Shown: positions 25,822-39,305 of the stretch, piece by piece
How the letters are laid out: every line of letters begins with the position of its first letter
How positions within the stretch are numbered: the first letter of the stretch is position 1
Translations under genes and position numbers: made by a program
Assembly: GCF_031769215.1 (NCBI RefSeq)
Contig: NW_026782003.1
Coordinates: 1,178,001-1,242,000, forward strand
Reading direction: 5' to 3'
Source of the DNA: Ylistrum balloti
Taxonomy: Eukaryota
DNA: 64,000 nucleotides
Notes under the pieces: generated by a model
What the model saw: the letters and a program-made list of their open reading frames with translations, nothing else
Databases searched by the model: none
What the model was told of the DNA's origin: nothing

Positions 25822-28800
25822 CTAATATCCAAAACCAGGTCGTTTCCGTTCTCCGGCAAACCGCAGTTCCATATCCATCTGTTCTCCCATTTCTTGCTTT
25901 CTGGCAATCAGTATAACAAAGAAAACTCCCTGTAATGAGGATCAAAGTAAATTACAACACAAAAGTAATTTGTTTTTCATCTCGTGCCTTTAAATACCTG
26001 TATAGTGTTTGTGTATACTAGCTCCTAAACCAGACAATAGACATTTTGGTGTGGAAGCCTTTGAACAAAATATTAGCTTTTATATGTACAGTGGATTAAA
26101 GAAACCAACTTGAAAAAATTAAGAGATTCTCTTACAACTTTTTTATTTAATACCAGGTATGTGATGAAAATACTTGAGAGCAAATTTTGAAGTCATTGTA
26201 AATAATTCTTCTCATTTGAAAAAAATCTCTACACCAATTACATCATCTCAATTAGCAACTGATACAATATATAAAACCTCAGTGAAATATAAAAAAAATC
26301 AAAGTTCTGCAGGAATCCATTTTTCAATTCATAATACAACTTTTAAAAAGATACAGCATTTTGAAAATAACTGCAGCGTAAATTCAAATGCCATCGAGAT
26401 GGTCAGAATGATGTTTTGCACAATCCTTAATTTACTTACATTAACAAGAGTCCTGAACACCCAGAAGAGCCATGTCCACACTATGTACTTCAGTCTCTGT
26501 CAAGAAAGAGATAAATACATGGTCAACAGCAAATTCATGGAATTTGTATCCCCCACAGTTTGATTTAAACGGTAAATTCATAAGGTTGCTTAAGTCGGGC
26601 TTAAGCATGATAAAATGGGTCTGTTAACAAAATTTCTTAGAAATACATTGGCATTTAGCTATAGTGAAGCAACACTCAATTGGCCCATCAGAAGTGAAAC
26701 CCAAATGAATAACTGGGGATGTGCATAAATGTCAACAAACAATCTTGGTAGTAAACCTCAGACAAAGGATAATCAGATATACCTTTAACCAAGTTGTGGT
26801 TATCTAACATGTCCTAACTATCGCATCCTCAATATTCATTAGTAACTATCAATTTTGCTTTCTACACCCCTGGATAATGTATGTAGGACTACTGAAGGCA
26901 CAAGCGAAGCAATGTGATTGGTTCCAGGAGAAAAAAACTGACCAGTCACAGGCTAATATGCTCCTTTTGAAGATTACAAAAGAGTGACATCCAACTTCAA
27001 AGCCATTACAATAAACCATTATGTGACTTAGAGATTTGTTTGACGTACATCAAGATACTGTTTCTGTAATTTCATATAGATAAAGGACCATAACACTGTG
27101 GATTATGGTTTGAAAATTACTGCGATCATCCTTGTCCAAGTTATCATGGTAAGGCACCTCCATACAAAGTTTGAAGTTGATCCATCAAAAACTACTCATG
27201 CTATCAAACAGACACTGCCTATGCCAGCCCAGCCATGTGCCCACTCACATGATAATATAATATTCTTTCAACAAGCCTATATTAAGATTGGATAAAAACT
27301 AGGAGATCACCTGATAAGTAAAAGATTACAAAGGGCTGACAATGCCGTACCATGATAATATAAAAAATTTCTGACTGGCATATAAAAATGAATCACATAA
27401 GTAATTAAATATTATTTCCAGAAGTCTGTTTTTTTTCTAATATATCTTATCTGATGGCAATTCTCACATGGCAATGACAGGACAGGAGTTGAATCATTAT
27501 GAACATTTGCTTGTGTAAGTCTGGTAATAAGTGATGAATTTTCAATAAGACAAAAAGATTTACTTACAAAGGTGTTCATGCCATAGTATGAAAATTCAAA
27601 AATTGAGAAGCAGATTTCTACAAACTGGTAGATGAAGAAACAGACAATGTACCATCGATGAGCACCCATGTACATCACAAAATGCTGCAAAAATAAGCAT
27701 CACATTATTAAACATTACAGTCTTAATTAGCAGTCAAGCATTCAGATACTAGTTTTTAAATTATACTATGCATCTGACACAAAAATAGTACATGAATTTT
27801 TACTGTCGGATATTGTGACTAAATACCATAACTAGGTGTGGTAAGTGTGGTGAACAAAATACAGAACTCATCAGAGGCTTACAGAGTATACATCAACTTA
27901 CCTTATCTCAAAATAAATTCAGACATGAAAAATCATAACACATAATTTAGACTTCAAATATTAATCATAAAAATTTCGACTTGAAATACTGATTTCACAT
28001 CCATCTGATGTCATACTACTGTTTAGAGTTTATTTTATTCAATAAACTCAGTACAGCAACATTCAATATTATTTGTGTTAAAGTTGTGATTCTATACATA
28101 CAGGGCACTGATCACAAAAGGGGAACTTTTGCATTCAAGGACATTTCTAAACATTATTTAAGATAATTCAAATGCAGAACATGTTCTAGATGTCAGCGAT
28201 GGCTTGGACTATCAAAAATATTAAATGAAACTTTTTTACTTAATGTATAAAGTCCAAATGTTTTAAACTGAAGAGGTAGAACAGTTTTGAATTATCTAAT
28301 ATGCTTAAAGACATGTAAATTAGCATTGAGTACATACCCGTTCTCTGACTTGAAGTAACATGAAGGCACTGAACAGTATCATAACCACGTAATCAAATGT
28401 CAGTACCACATCACTGGCTAAAAATGCTGCAAACAAATATGGTATTATATAAATAATTCATTAATCACATTCTGAGGATTGTTTGTAGATATTGGCATCA
28501 TATTTGATAATGTCAAATTAATAATAAAAGTTTTAATTGTTGAAACATACAACCACATCATAGTAATTTAACATGATCTTTGAGGATTTAAAATATAAAC
28601 TGTGAAAGTGAACTACTGCAATACACTTTACAACTATAATTTTTTTTTCTTATAAGAAATTTCATTCAATATCCTATTGGTATCATTTTTATGCAACTCA
28701 CACCTTGTCACACCTGTATCAATATTAGCCTGTCTCATCTTGTCACACCTGTATATCTATAACACTCAGTCTCACATTGTCACACATGTATCCATACTTT

Positions 28801-30433
28801 TGTCTCACCTCGTCACACATATCTCTATACCAGTTTCACACTGTCACACCTGTATCTATACCTGTTAGCCTCACTTTGTCACACATGTATCTATACTTTT
28901 CAGTGTCACATTGTCACACCTGTATCTTAACTATCCTGTCTCACCTCGTCACATATATCTCTATACCAGTTTCACCTTGTCATACTTGTATCTATACCTG
29001 TCAGTCACTTTCTTTTTTGGTGGGGGGATGGGGCTTAACATCCTTGTTTCGGTTATAACCATGGCTCGGACACTATTAGTCAGTCTCATCATGTCATACC
29101 TTTATCAATACTAGTCAGTCTCATTTTGTAAAGCCTGTATATCTATACCAATCAGTCTCACCTTGTCACACATGTATCTGTACAGGTTAGTCTCAATTTG
29201 TCACACCTGTACACATGTATCCATACTAAAGTTAGTCTCACCTTGCCAGAAATGTGATCTCCATGGTGTTTGGAATCCTTGGCTGATTTCGAAATCTGTT
29301 CCTGTGGCGATCAAATCAATTAATCGCATCACGAGGGAAAACACACCAGTTATCTGGAAATAACAAGATTGAACATATGTGTCAATATTTAATCACCAGT
29401 ATGGCAATCCTTTAACACATTTAATGTATACGTTAGTTTTGGCATTGATGATAAAGAAAATAACAGTCCTATTGATATTCTGTTTTACAGAAAGCAATAT
29501 CTAGTAATTTAACCAATCAAATAAAGGATGTTGTTAATGTCACCATTGTTGAACGGTAAAATAACCATGTCCGAATGCTCTGTTTCTGTATGTGACTACT
29601 AGCAACATATAGAACCCGCAACTATGATATGCTACAATACTTAATGGGCATTTTGATAAAATCTCTATTCTGGTGTAATATAGTTTTAAAGTTTTATGAT
29701 TTCCAACAAAATTACCCAATCGATTAATGATACCTTGTTCAATACTTTAAGTCCCTGTACATATATAAGTTAGCCATTTGCTTTGTAAATGTACATCAAC
29801 AGTTGTCGAAGTCTTCGAAAGTATCTGAACTATTAATAGTAACAGTAGGTTTGAAATTGTGGTCTACTCCTAACATATTGAAATAAACACACATAATTAT
29901 TCCAGTATTAGATAATCATTTATACCAACAACCATCAAAATTATATCGATGCTATATAGTTATCAAAATCGCATGTTGTTTATAGATGTTCACTTGAAGA
30001 TGTAGTTGATATAAATGTTGTGATTTTCAAAATCGGTGACAATACCGCTCTAGTCTTGCAATTTGATTGTCTTGCGTTGTTGTGCATTTTCTATTCAAGT
30101 TCTAGAATTTAGACAAAGAAAGATTGCAATGACTTGTTTTTGTCAATATCAAAGCATGGATATTTTTGCAATCAAAAAGTATACGTTATTCTGATGTTCT
30201 GTCCAATGTGTTGACAATTTCCAAATGTCCTAGATTGTATGGCGTCAAAAGTTTCAGGAAGTAGCCTGTACATGTTGTATCTGCATGTGCGTAATACACT
30301 AAACAGGTATACAAAGGTAGATATCATTAAAACTGAACAAGACACACGACGTTTTACTCACGATCACGAAGCCATAGCCCACCAGCACAGACGTTCGGAG
30401 GTTCCAGCACAGGAACCTGTTAATCACCGCCAT
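25822..30433 (-). CDS. Small four-TM membrane protein, TMEM217/LAPTM(DUF7027)-like, 6 exons, 184 aa
   Basis: Exons 30362-30433, 29242-29353, 28338-28426, 27568-27684, 26440-26496, 25822-25929, all GT-AG and phase-consistent (555 nt). MAVINRFLCWNLRTSVLVGYGFVIITGVFSLVMRL...RWYIVCFFIYQFVEICF...WTWLFWVFRTLVNGVFFVILIARKQEM has four hydrophobic segments and an N-terminal C-x-x-LRT motif. The family name is tentative. Confidence 0.85.
28695..29245. repeat. Degenerate 30-35 bp minisatellite abutting an exon donor
   Basis: Recurring cagtctcaccttgtcacacctgtatctata variants, about 15 units. Confidence 0.85.
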
Positions 30434-31279
30434 TTTGGACTAATTGCATTTGTATTGATGACCTCGCTTTGAAATACGAAAACACACCTGGAGGGAGCAT
30501 TAATTTATTCACTCGCATTTTCCTTTTAAAACAACTAATAGAAAAAAATGAAAGAAGCAAAGTCTCTACAACATATCAACTAACTTTTTAGATTTCACCA
30601 TCGTATAATTTCAAAATGGAACTTGAGAAAAACAAAAACTTCAGGTGTAAATCAAACAATTCAAAAATGACTTCTCCCTCTTGTCCCAACTGTGTGTCAC
30701 CCTTCAGGTATTTTCCTGCAATACGATATTCTGGTAATATATTTTACTTGATTCATCTAGTATATGCGTAAGATAACATAACTCTCAATTTGTACAGACT
30801 ATAATGGCTTGTTATTTGAGGTATCTGCGATTACCGTCGCTTCGATTTTGCAAGAGGAGATAACTCTTCAAAATCCAGGTTGTATACCACTATTTCAAAT
30901 GATGACCATATGTTATACATATCTGATTTAGCTATGCCTTTTGGGAAAATGAGGGTGTTACTACTTGTTTTTCTTTATCTTTTAAATTAACATTTTCAAA
31001 TCATAACATACCACACCGTTTCCATGTAAATTATCACAAAAAGATCTTGCTGTTGTAAATGGTTATTCCAATCTTTGGCGCCAGACATTTAGTGATCAGA
31101 GACGTTATACGAGTCTGTGCTTTGATCTTTACTTAGTCTTTAAATCGGATATTTTCCCTTCGTTTTTTTTCTGTTGTTTTTGTATTATATAAAAATTATT
31201 GTTTTTCTTTAAAAATAATGATAGTTAATTCCTTTACTATTTTACATTTTTTTTATATATATAATTGTAAAACTTTTAT

Positions 31280-31830
31280 ATTGCTATTTCTAAAATGCTC
31301 TTTTGTAATGGGAATGCCTGAGTAATGAGAAACACCCTGCAATCGTTAGGGATTCGAACTGGTGGTCTATGGGCGAACACTCTACTGCTCGGTAAAAGAC
31401 AGATTTCCACTAGCTGTGTCTCGCAAGGCGATCTGTCCTTAACAAAATCTCGACAACAACTTAGGTTCAATATCTCCAAGGAAGCATCTCAATCTCGTAT
31501 CGCTTCTACACTTGGATTGGTCAACGGCACCAAATCCGTAATAGGAAAGGGTAACGAAAAACAGTAAAACACCATGCCACCATCGGGGAGAAATACGAAC
31601 ATTCTCCGACTCTTTTTTTTTCAACTGAAAATAGAATGGTAAAATGGGTTTTTCCCGTTCCATTTTACTTGTAAACATTAGCCAGAAGAATTATCACCAC
31701 TCTACTTGACATTTTTCTAGATTCTCTATTTAGACATCTCAGGCCTATAGCCCCATAGTCCAGAGAAAAAAATTATATGGATTCTTAATTCTACTGAGTG
31801 TTTCGAGGACTTAAGAATTCGCTTCTTTAA
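31280..31830 (-). mobile_element. Degenerate L1/Tx1-like LINE ORF2 fragment
   Basis: Frameshifted translation KWNGK...LSYYGFGAVD...RLRCFL...RDFVKD resembles the LWNGK...GGLG-D...LRL-W region after the RT domain. Paralogous to 19380-19680. Confidence 0.5.
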
Positions 31831-32617
31831 TGGTAGGAGATGAGGAAGGTGAGATTCTTGGAAATAGAGGATGGCTTACTCTGAGGTAAAACGCCAAAGA
31901 CACTTGAAATATTACTGCAACACTCTGATTGAAAATACAGGAATTCACACTGGATGGCGATGATATATATATATATATACAATGTGTTCAAGTTGTAGAT
32001 GGACAATTTCGCTGATGTACTAGCTGAAAAAATAATTTTCATCGAAGATGGGGTATGAATGACCCCCTAGCTTATCATACATAGGTCGACTGAGAGCAGA
32101 TCGGTTGTGCGATACATCTAACGGTAGAGATCAGAACACGAAAAGGATTAATTATGGTCGGAACAACGAGAATGGTACCCAATCGATCCTACGTCGGTAA
32201 ACAGTATTGATCTGGACATGAAATAGTAAGCTCGGAATACTTCTGATAGGAGATTGTTTTGAATCCGAAGCGGTTGACAAGGTCAGAGACATCCTATGGT
32301 GCTCATGATGATCGATGGGAGATAACTCTTACATTTTATCGGGCAAACGTCTGTCAAACGAGTAGATTTCTGTCACTTCACTGTATCTATTAAATAGATT
32401 TCATTCTTCTCATTCTATCCTATATATTGTATTCGTTTCTTTAGTCTATGGAATGCTTAATACCCATCATTTCTCAATACGATAATTGATAAATAATCGA
32501 CAAGATTTCCATCATCTGTACGGTAAGTACTGGCTACCAGTCACGTGACATTGATTTGATTAAATTGTTGAGTTTAGATAAACTTATTAGCGATATCCAA
32601 TATGCAAAACCAGTCAA

Positions 32618-34455
32618 AATTTATCAAATAAACTTGAGTACCTGTATGTTTCCAGAACAAAATCTTCTTCTGCTTTCTAAATAAGTTTGTATAACATTAC
32701 ATCTTATGTTTTATGCTGTTATATGGTTAGTAACATTATAACAGAGACATAAATAGCAGGAAAAGTGTAAAATCAGACTATAGAGATGTGTTTCATAAAT
32801 AAGTACTTTGGAGTTTTTCCTGTACATATTACTACGCTTAACTCAAGTATTAGGGTAACGATAGACAAGGGAAGCCTACCTCTTGACGAGTTATTTTAGA
32901 ATATCTTTATACTTGAAGTTCTAAATGTTCCAATTTGTGGGCGGTAAACTTTACATGCACCCTTTATGAGACCTGAAAACTTTCCCTCGACCTCTCCATT
33001 TGTATATTTCATCTCCGTTATTTTTACTGTCACATATTGACCAGCAGTATGGAGGCAGCCAAATCTGACCAGTGCTCAAACATGTATATGTATCTTTTTT
33101 GTGTTCTCATTATACTAAGCAACATATTTGTCCCCTCGTGGTTCATGATAACTATTGGATACCGATACTTTTCTATCTCTGAAAAAAAGTCCTCAAAGCG
33201 TTGACAATATAACCTGAATTCAAGTAGAAACCACGCAGCCGACCCTCTTGCTCTCGATATATGTCAAAATACTCGCCAACTGTTTCTTCTTCTAAAAAAC
33301 AAGCAAATTATCTTACTTAAAAGAAAAATGTTGCATCAAAAGTGGATTTTACAAAATACATTACAAACCAAAATATTGGTCCATGTTTTCTCCCATAGAA
33401 ATGCAAACTGGTCCGTGATTTCAGGAATCAATCAATGATAAAAAAGAATTAATTGATGTCGAGTATTTCAACCATAATATTGGCCAAGAAATTAGATGTA
33501 ATTTGTGTAGAAGAGATTCGAATATCATTACATTAAACGACATAACAATGTATATATTTGATATTTCATGAATTGTGCGCCATTACAACGGTGGCGTATA
33601 AACTATTGTGGAAGAAACATAGCAACGAAAGCATTTGATTTGATATAGTTTGAAATGTCTCCTACTGTTTTAGGACTTGTCGTAAGTAGCCTTCTGGTGA
33701 TATACGTTGTTAAAGTTTAGACAGCAGTTTGAAATGTTAACATTTCTAGTGGTAAGTCTTAACAGTGAAAAAAATGTAAGTGTAAGAAGTGTGCCATAGA
33801 GGCAATGAACTACAACTATCAACATGTTACATTTTCACTGATTTGTGAGTGTGTTGTGTATGTAAGTAAAGGTTAAGCTTCTTGAATTGATCGCGATCGA
33901 TATTCTGACATTACAGATGTTTGTCACTGTTTGTACATTGTTTATGTTGAGACTGATTAAAACACCTTTTTGTTATGTGCTTTTTTGTAAATACTGGCTA
34001 ACAACAGGCCGAATTCGTGGCTTTTGACGGTTATAATTTGTTTTATCTTTCTTACATTGAGAATTACTGGATACATATTTCTCATGTTTTTATGTATGAC
34101 ATGTTTATTTTTCTTTGTCTCTAGATGTGTACACATTGATCCCGAGATGTCTGTATTTGATTTTGAAACCAATTTCAAAGAACAAAAATATTGCCCAGCT
34201 GTATCTCGAGTGGATCTATTGTACATCATCCGACTCTCAACTCGTTCTACTAGAACATACACTAGTTACTGTTCGTTTTTTAGTTACCTTTACTCTGCAT
34301 TTAGACCTACCTACCTAAGACAAGTTTCTTGTAATAAAGGCCTCATCCAAATTTTGCATAATTGCAAGTTTAATGTCATCGGTCAAGATATTCTGATAAC
34401 CACTTGCTTTACTCCTTTATTTCGATGCATCATATACAGCATCTTTAAGTGACCT
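32618..34455 (+). repeat. Left arm of a large diverged inverted duplication
   Basis: Colinear with the reverse complement of 37805-39305 in many blocks (32930-33090 vs 38810-38970; 33620-33780 vs 38545-38700; 34110-34290 vs 37945-38120; 34386-34452 vs 37807-37870). Contains an extra segment of about 420 bp at 33185-33605. Confidence 0.9.
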
Positions 34456-34554
34456 TAACATATCACAACTGACTAAATTGTTTCATAATAAACATTTATA
34501 TATAGAGTACTAGTATTTGAATATATTAAGGTTTTATGATTTGTAAATATTGAA

Positions 34555-35690
34555 ACTGTGTAAATGATGAAGATGTATGTGATAATGTGTAAATGATAAA
34601 GATGTATGTGATAATGTGTAAATGATGAAGATGTATGTGATAATGTGTAAATGATAAAGATGTATGTGATAATGTGTAAATGATGAAGCTCTATGTGATA
34701 ATGTGTAAATGATGAAAGATGATAATGTGTAAATGATGAAATGTGTAAATGTGATGAAGATGTATGTGATAATGTGTAAATGATGAAGATGTATGTGATA
34801 ATGTGTAAATGATGAAGATGTATGTGATAATGTGTAAATGATAAAGATGTATGTGATAATGTGTAAATGATGAAGATGTATGTGATAATGTGTAAATGAT
34901 GAAGCTCTATGTGATAATGTGTAAATGATGAAGATGTATGTGATAATGTGTAAATGATAAAGATGTATGTGATAATGTGTAAATGGTGAAGATGTATGTG
35001 ATAATGTGTAAATGATGAAGATGTATGTGATAATGTGTAAATGATAAAGATGTATGTGATAATGTGTAAATGATGAAGATGTATGTGATAATGTGTAAAT
35101 GATAAAGATGTATGTGATAATGTGTAAATGATAAAGATGTATGTGATAATGTGTGTAAATGATAAAGATGTATGTGATAATGTGTAAATGGTGAAGATGT
35201 ATGTGATAATGTGTAAATGATGAAGATGTATGTGATAATGTGTAAATGATGAAGATGTATGTGATAATGTGTAAATGATGAAGATGTATGTGATAATGTG
35301 TAAATGATGAAGATGTATGTGATAATGTGTAAATGATGAAGATGTATGTGATAATGTGTAAATGATGAAGATGTATGTGATAATGTGTAAATGATAAAGA
35401 TGTATGTGATAATGTGTAAATGATAAAGATGTATGTGATAATGTGTAAATGGTGAAGATGTATGTGATAATGTGTGAAAATGTGATAATGTGTAAATGAT
35501 AAAGATGTATGATAATGTGATAATGTAAATGTAAATGTGTGAAGATGTATGTGATAATGTGTAAATGGTGAAGATGTATGCGATAATGTGTAAATGGTGA
35601 AGCTTTATGTGATAATGTGTAAATGGTGAAGATGTATGCGATAATGTGTAAATGATGAAGATGTATGTGATAATGTATAAATAATGCAGT
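34555..35690. repeat. 29-bp minisatellite, about 39 copies
   Basis: Unit taaatgatgaagatgtatgtgataatgtg; period 29 read at 34561/34590. Confidence 0.97.
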
Positions 35691-35877
35691 CGTATATGAT
35701 AACGTGTAATAACATGATCCAGTACACGTGTTGATTCACAGTACAAACCTAGCCGACAAGTAGTTGACACGAGCAATTCATAATGAATACACTGTTAACA
35801 TTTTGGCCTAACTACACACACACGACTGAACACGTGAATGGTGTTTGTTTGTTTGTGTAGATCTATTAATGGAACAT

Positions 35878-35952
35878 TTCGGAAATTCTATTGAGAAAGC
35901 ACTTGGTGAAAATTCACGTGTTATCATAGTTGGTGATATAAATGTTGACTAA
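35878..35952 (+). mobile_element. LINE APE-endonuclease fragment
   Basis: FGNSIEKALGENSRVIIVGDINVD* matches the IIVGD-N motif of non-LTR retrotransposon endonucleases. Confidence 0.5.
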
Positions 35953-37165
35953 CTAGTTAAAACTATCATAAACCTGACATTTATGACAACGTCGAAAAGT
36001 TGCACATTTAAGTCCAATTGAAACATGGGTTGTCAGGGATATCCATAAGGCTACTTAATTTGTATCAATAATTACCGGCGATAATATGTTCAGTGTTTCA
36101 TTCTGAGATAAGATCAATGACCACGTTCGTGGTAAAAGTGAGGATAGCGTTGGCGTAAACGTCACATGTTCCGTCCGGTCTCTGCGGTTGGTTAGAATAA
36201 CATTCACATGTTCTGTCATGTGCAGGTGGTTATGTCAATCTGTTCACAGTGTAGAAAGTATTGGTAGCCCGCCTCAACTTCTTGTCGGCTAGGTGTGTAC
36301 TGTGAATCCACACGTGTCATTGTTACTGGCAGGACGTGATTTCACGGCTCTGGTAAACGATCGAGTAGGCTTGATGTATGTTATTTCGGTTCATTGTCAA
36401 TTATTTAATTGAAATGGCTTCACAGGTTTTCAGAAATCTCTCTTTACAAATGTCTTGTTCAAAATTTAAACAATGAAATTTGAACCAATGGTACAAATAG
36501 ATCGTATAGGTTGCTATAGAATGATCTGTATTACTACATTGTTGTTTCTCGATTTGTCCAATTTTCAAAATAACATGGACAGAGGAATGTTATTAGAAGG
36601 ATTATAAGCTATTTAAGATGATGAGGTTACCTATGTTCACCTGTGTCTGTGTGATATATACGTCCCTGGTCTGTATTCGAAGTTGATGGTAGGAATCTGA
36701 TTGAGCTGATAATTTGTTTACGTTTTACATATTTTTACTTCGTGTTAATTTACATGTTTTATCGTAATTGATTTATTGGTGGTACATTTAATTCAAATTT
36801 CACAATTTCTTTATCAATAGCATGTCTAAATTTGAAAAAAATAGATAATGATGTTATACCTTAATTGTATAAACTAGACTTGTTTAATGTTTTTTCATAA
36901 CGTTGTTAACAGGAACATTTGATATATGATGTACATTCAGGAGAGTTTACATTTGTACATTTATATATATACGTCGTTAATAAAAACGGCCAATTTCAAT
37001 TCATATTGAGTCCTTGTTGGTTTATTTACAAGTCTAACTAGCTTGCCATGTTAGCTGTTCATAGTGGAATCATTTATAAAAAAAACTATTATACATTTTC
37101 TTTATTATTAACAAATAATTTGTGTCAAATCACAGTATCATCACTAGCTAATGGAAATGAAGGTA

Positions 37166-37366
37166 TGCCATTCACACCCCGACATATACGCCATTGTCAA
37201 AGTGTCTCAGGAGATTCAGGCCTCCAACTGAAACAACACGAGACAACGTCAACCCGTTACAAGGGAAGCAACCAGACCACGTGGGAAGCGATACCGAAAC
37301 ATCGACAGTAGAATGACCCATCTAAAGGAGAGCATTCATAAACAGAGGATCGACATCTTGGAATAG
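37166..37366 (+). mobile_element. Degenerate MULE-like transposase C-terminal fragment
   Basis: HPDIYAIVKVSQEIQA*...RGKRYRNIDSRMTHLKESI resembles the HPNI...RKKYR-ID-RI tail of Mutator-like transposases. Contains an internal stop. Confidence 0.4.
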
Positions 37367-37804
37367 GAAAAAAAAAAAAAAAAAAGCAGCGTTATATCTT
37401 CTTCACTTGGGATAAAGTCTCTAAAAGTGTTTACTAGAATGTGCAATGTGCTAGTAGACAGTTACATCAAACCACGTGTTTGTACCTGTATTGTATATCA
37501 CGCCAACAAATGAAATATCCACCATGACATGTAATGTTAAATTGTAGTATTTCATGTCACCAAATGTAATACTATTTGAAATGTGTATCATATCAATTTC
37601 TTAATCTACAAGAATTCATCTACAGTAACTCAACTATCTCTCCTCATTTACATATTGTTACATAGAATTTCATCATTTATACGTTCAAACACCTTCATCA
37701 TTAACTCATTATCACATACAGCCTCATCAATTACATATTATCACATACAGTTTCATCATTCACACGTCATAAAACTTTAAGCATAAACTTAAAATGCTGA
37801 TATC

Positions 37805-39305
37805 ACTAAAGATGCTGTGTATGATGCATCGAAATAAAGGAATAAAGCGAGTGGATATCAAAATATCATATATTGTCTAAGGAAGTTAGGGCTAAGAGAA
37901 CACACATATGAACTGAAATGTCGAAACATTGGTTGATTTAAGCCAACTCAAAAAACGAACAGTGACTAGGATATGTTCTAGTAGAACAAGTTGAGAGTCG
38001 GATGATGTACAATTGATCCTCCCGAGATATTTGCAACATAACTGTGCAATATTTCATTTCTTTAAAATTTAAAATTATACACATCTCGGGATCAACGTAG
38101 CCGCATCTAGAGACAAAGGAAAACATACATATCATGCATAGAAACTTGAGAAATATTTATCCAGTAACTTTCAATGTAAGAAAGAAATGAAACAAATTAT
38201 AACCGTCAAAAGCCATGAATTAGGCCTGTTGTTAGCCAGTATTAGTATTGGTCTCAACAAACATAATGTATAACAAGTGACAAACATCTGTAATGTAAGA
38301 ATATTGATTGCGATCAATTCAGAACTTCTCAAGAAGTTGCAATAAGCTTTACATTTACATACATACATAACACACTCACAAATCAGAGAACATTTAACAT
38401 CTTGATAGTTATACAAGTAATCAACAGTCACTGAGGACAATAACTGCAGGTTTCACTAGGCCAACTTATAGAAATCCTTACCATAGATTTGAGGATATGG
38501 ACGATAAAACAAGTAGTTCATGGCCTCTATCGTACACTTCTTAAAGCATTTTTTCACTGTTAAGACTTACCACTAGAAATATGTTCATTTCAAACTGCTG
38601 TCTAAATTTTAACAACGTATATCATCTGAAGAAGGCTACTTACGACAAGTCCTAAAACAGTAGGAGACATTTCAGACTATATCAAATCAAATGCAGTCGT
38701 TACTATGTTTCTTTCTTATTAGAGGTATGAAAGTGTCTGCATCTCATAGTTATCAAGTTCCACGAGGGGACAAATCGACAGAATGAGAACCGAAAATAAG
38801 ATACATGTACATGTTTGAGCACTGGTCAGATTTGGCTGCTTCCGTACTGCTGGCCAACATGTGACAGTAAAAATAACGGAGATGAAATATACAAATGGAG
38901 AGGTAGAGTAAAAGCTATGGGGTCTCATAAAGGGTGCATGTAAAGTTTACCGCCCACAAATTGGAATATTTAGTACATTTAGTATGAAAATATTCTAGAA
39001 TAACTCACCAAGAGGTAGTCTCCCCTTGTCTATCATTAAACGAATACTTGAGTTTAGCCTAGTAATAATATGTACAGAAAAAAATCCGAAGTACTTGTTT
39101 ATAAAACACATCGTAATTGTCTGATTTTACACTTTTCCTATTATTTATCTATCTCATTATAATGTTACTAACCATATAACATATGATATAATGTTAAACA
39201 AACTTATTTACATAGTAACCATATAACATATGATATAATGTTAAACACAAACATCCATTAAATTTTCTGGGAAACACACAAGTACTCTAGTTGATTTGAT
39301 AAATT
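37805..39305 (-). repeat. Right arm of the large diverged inverted duplication
   Basis: Reverse-complement match to 32618-34455 (see left arm). Confidence 0.9.

Noticed and set aside
34907-35776. 289-aa His/Ile-rich ORF
   Set aside because: Translation of the 29-bp minisatellite, with no ATG start or splice support.
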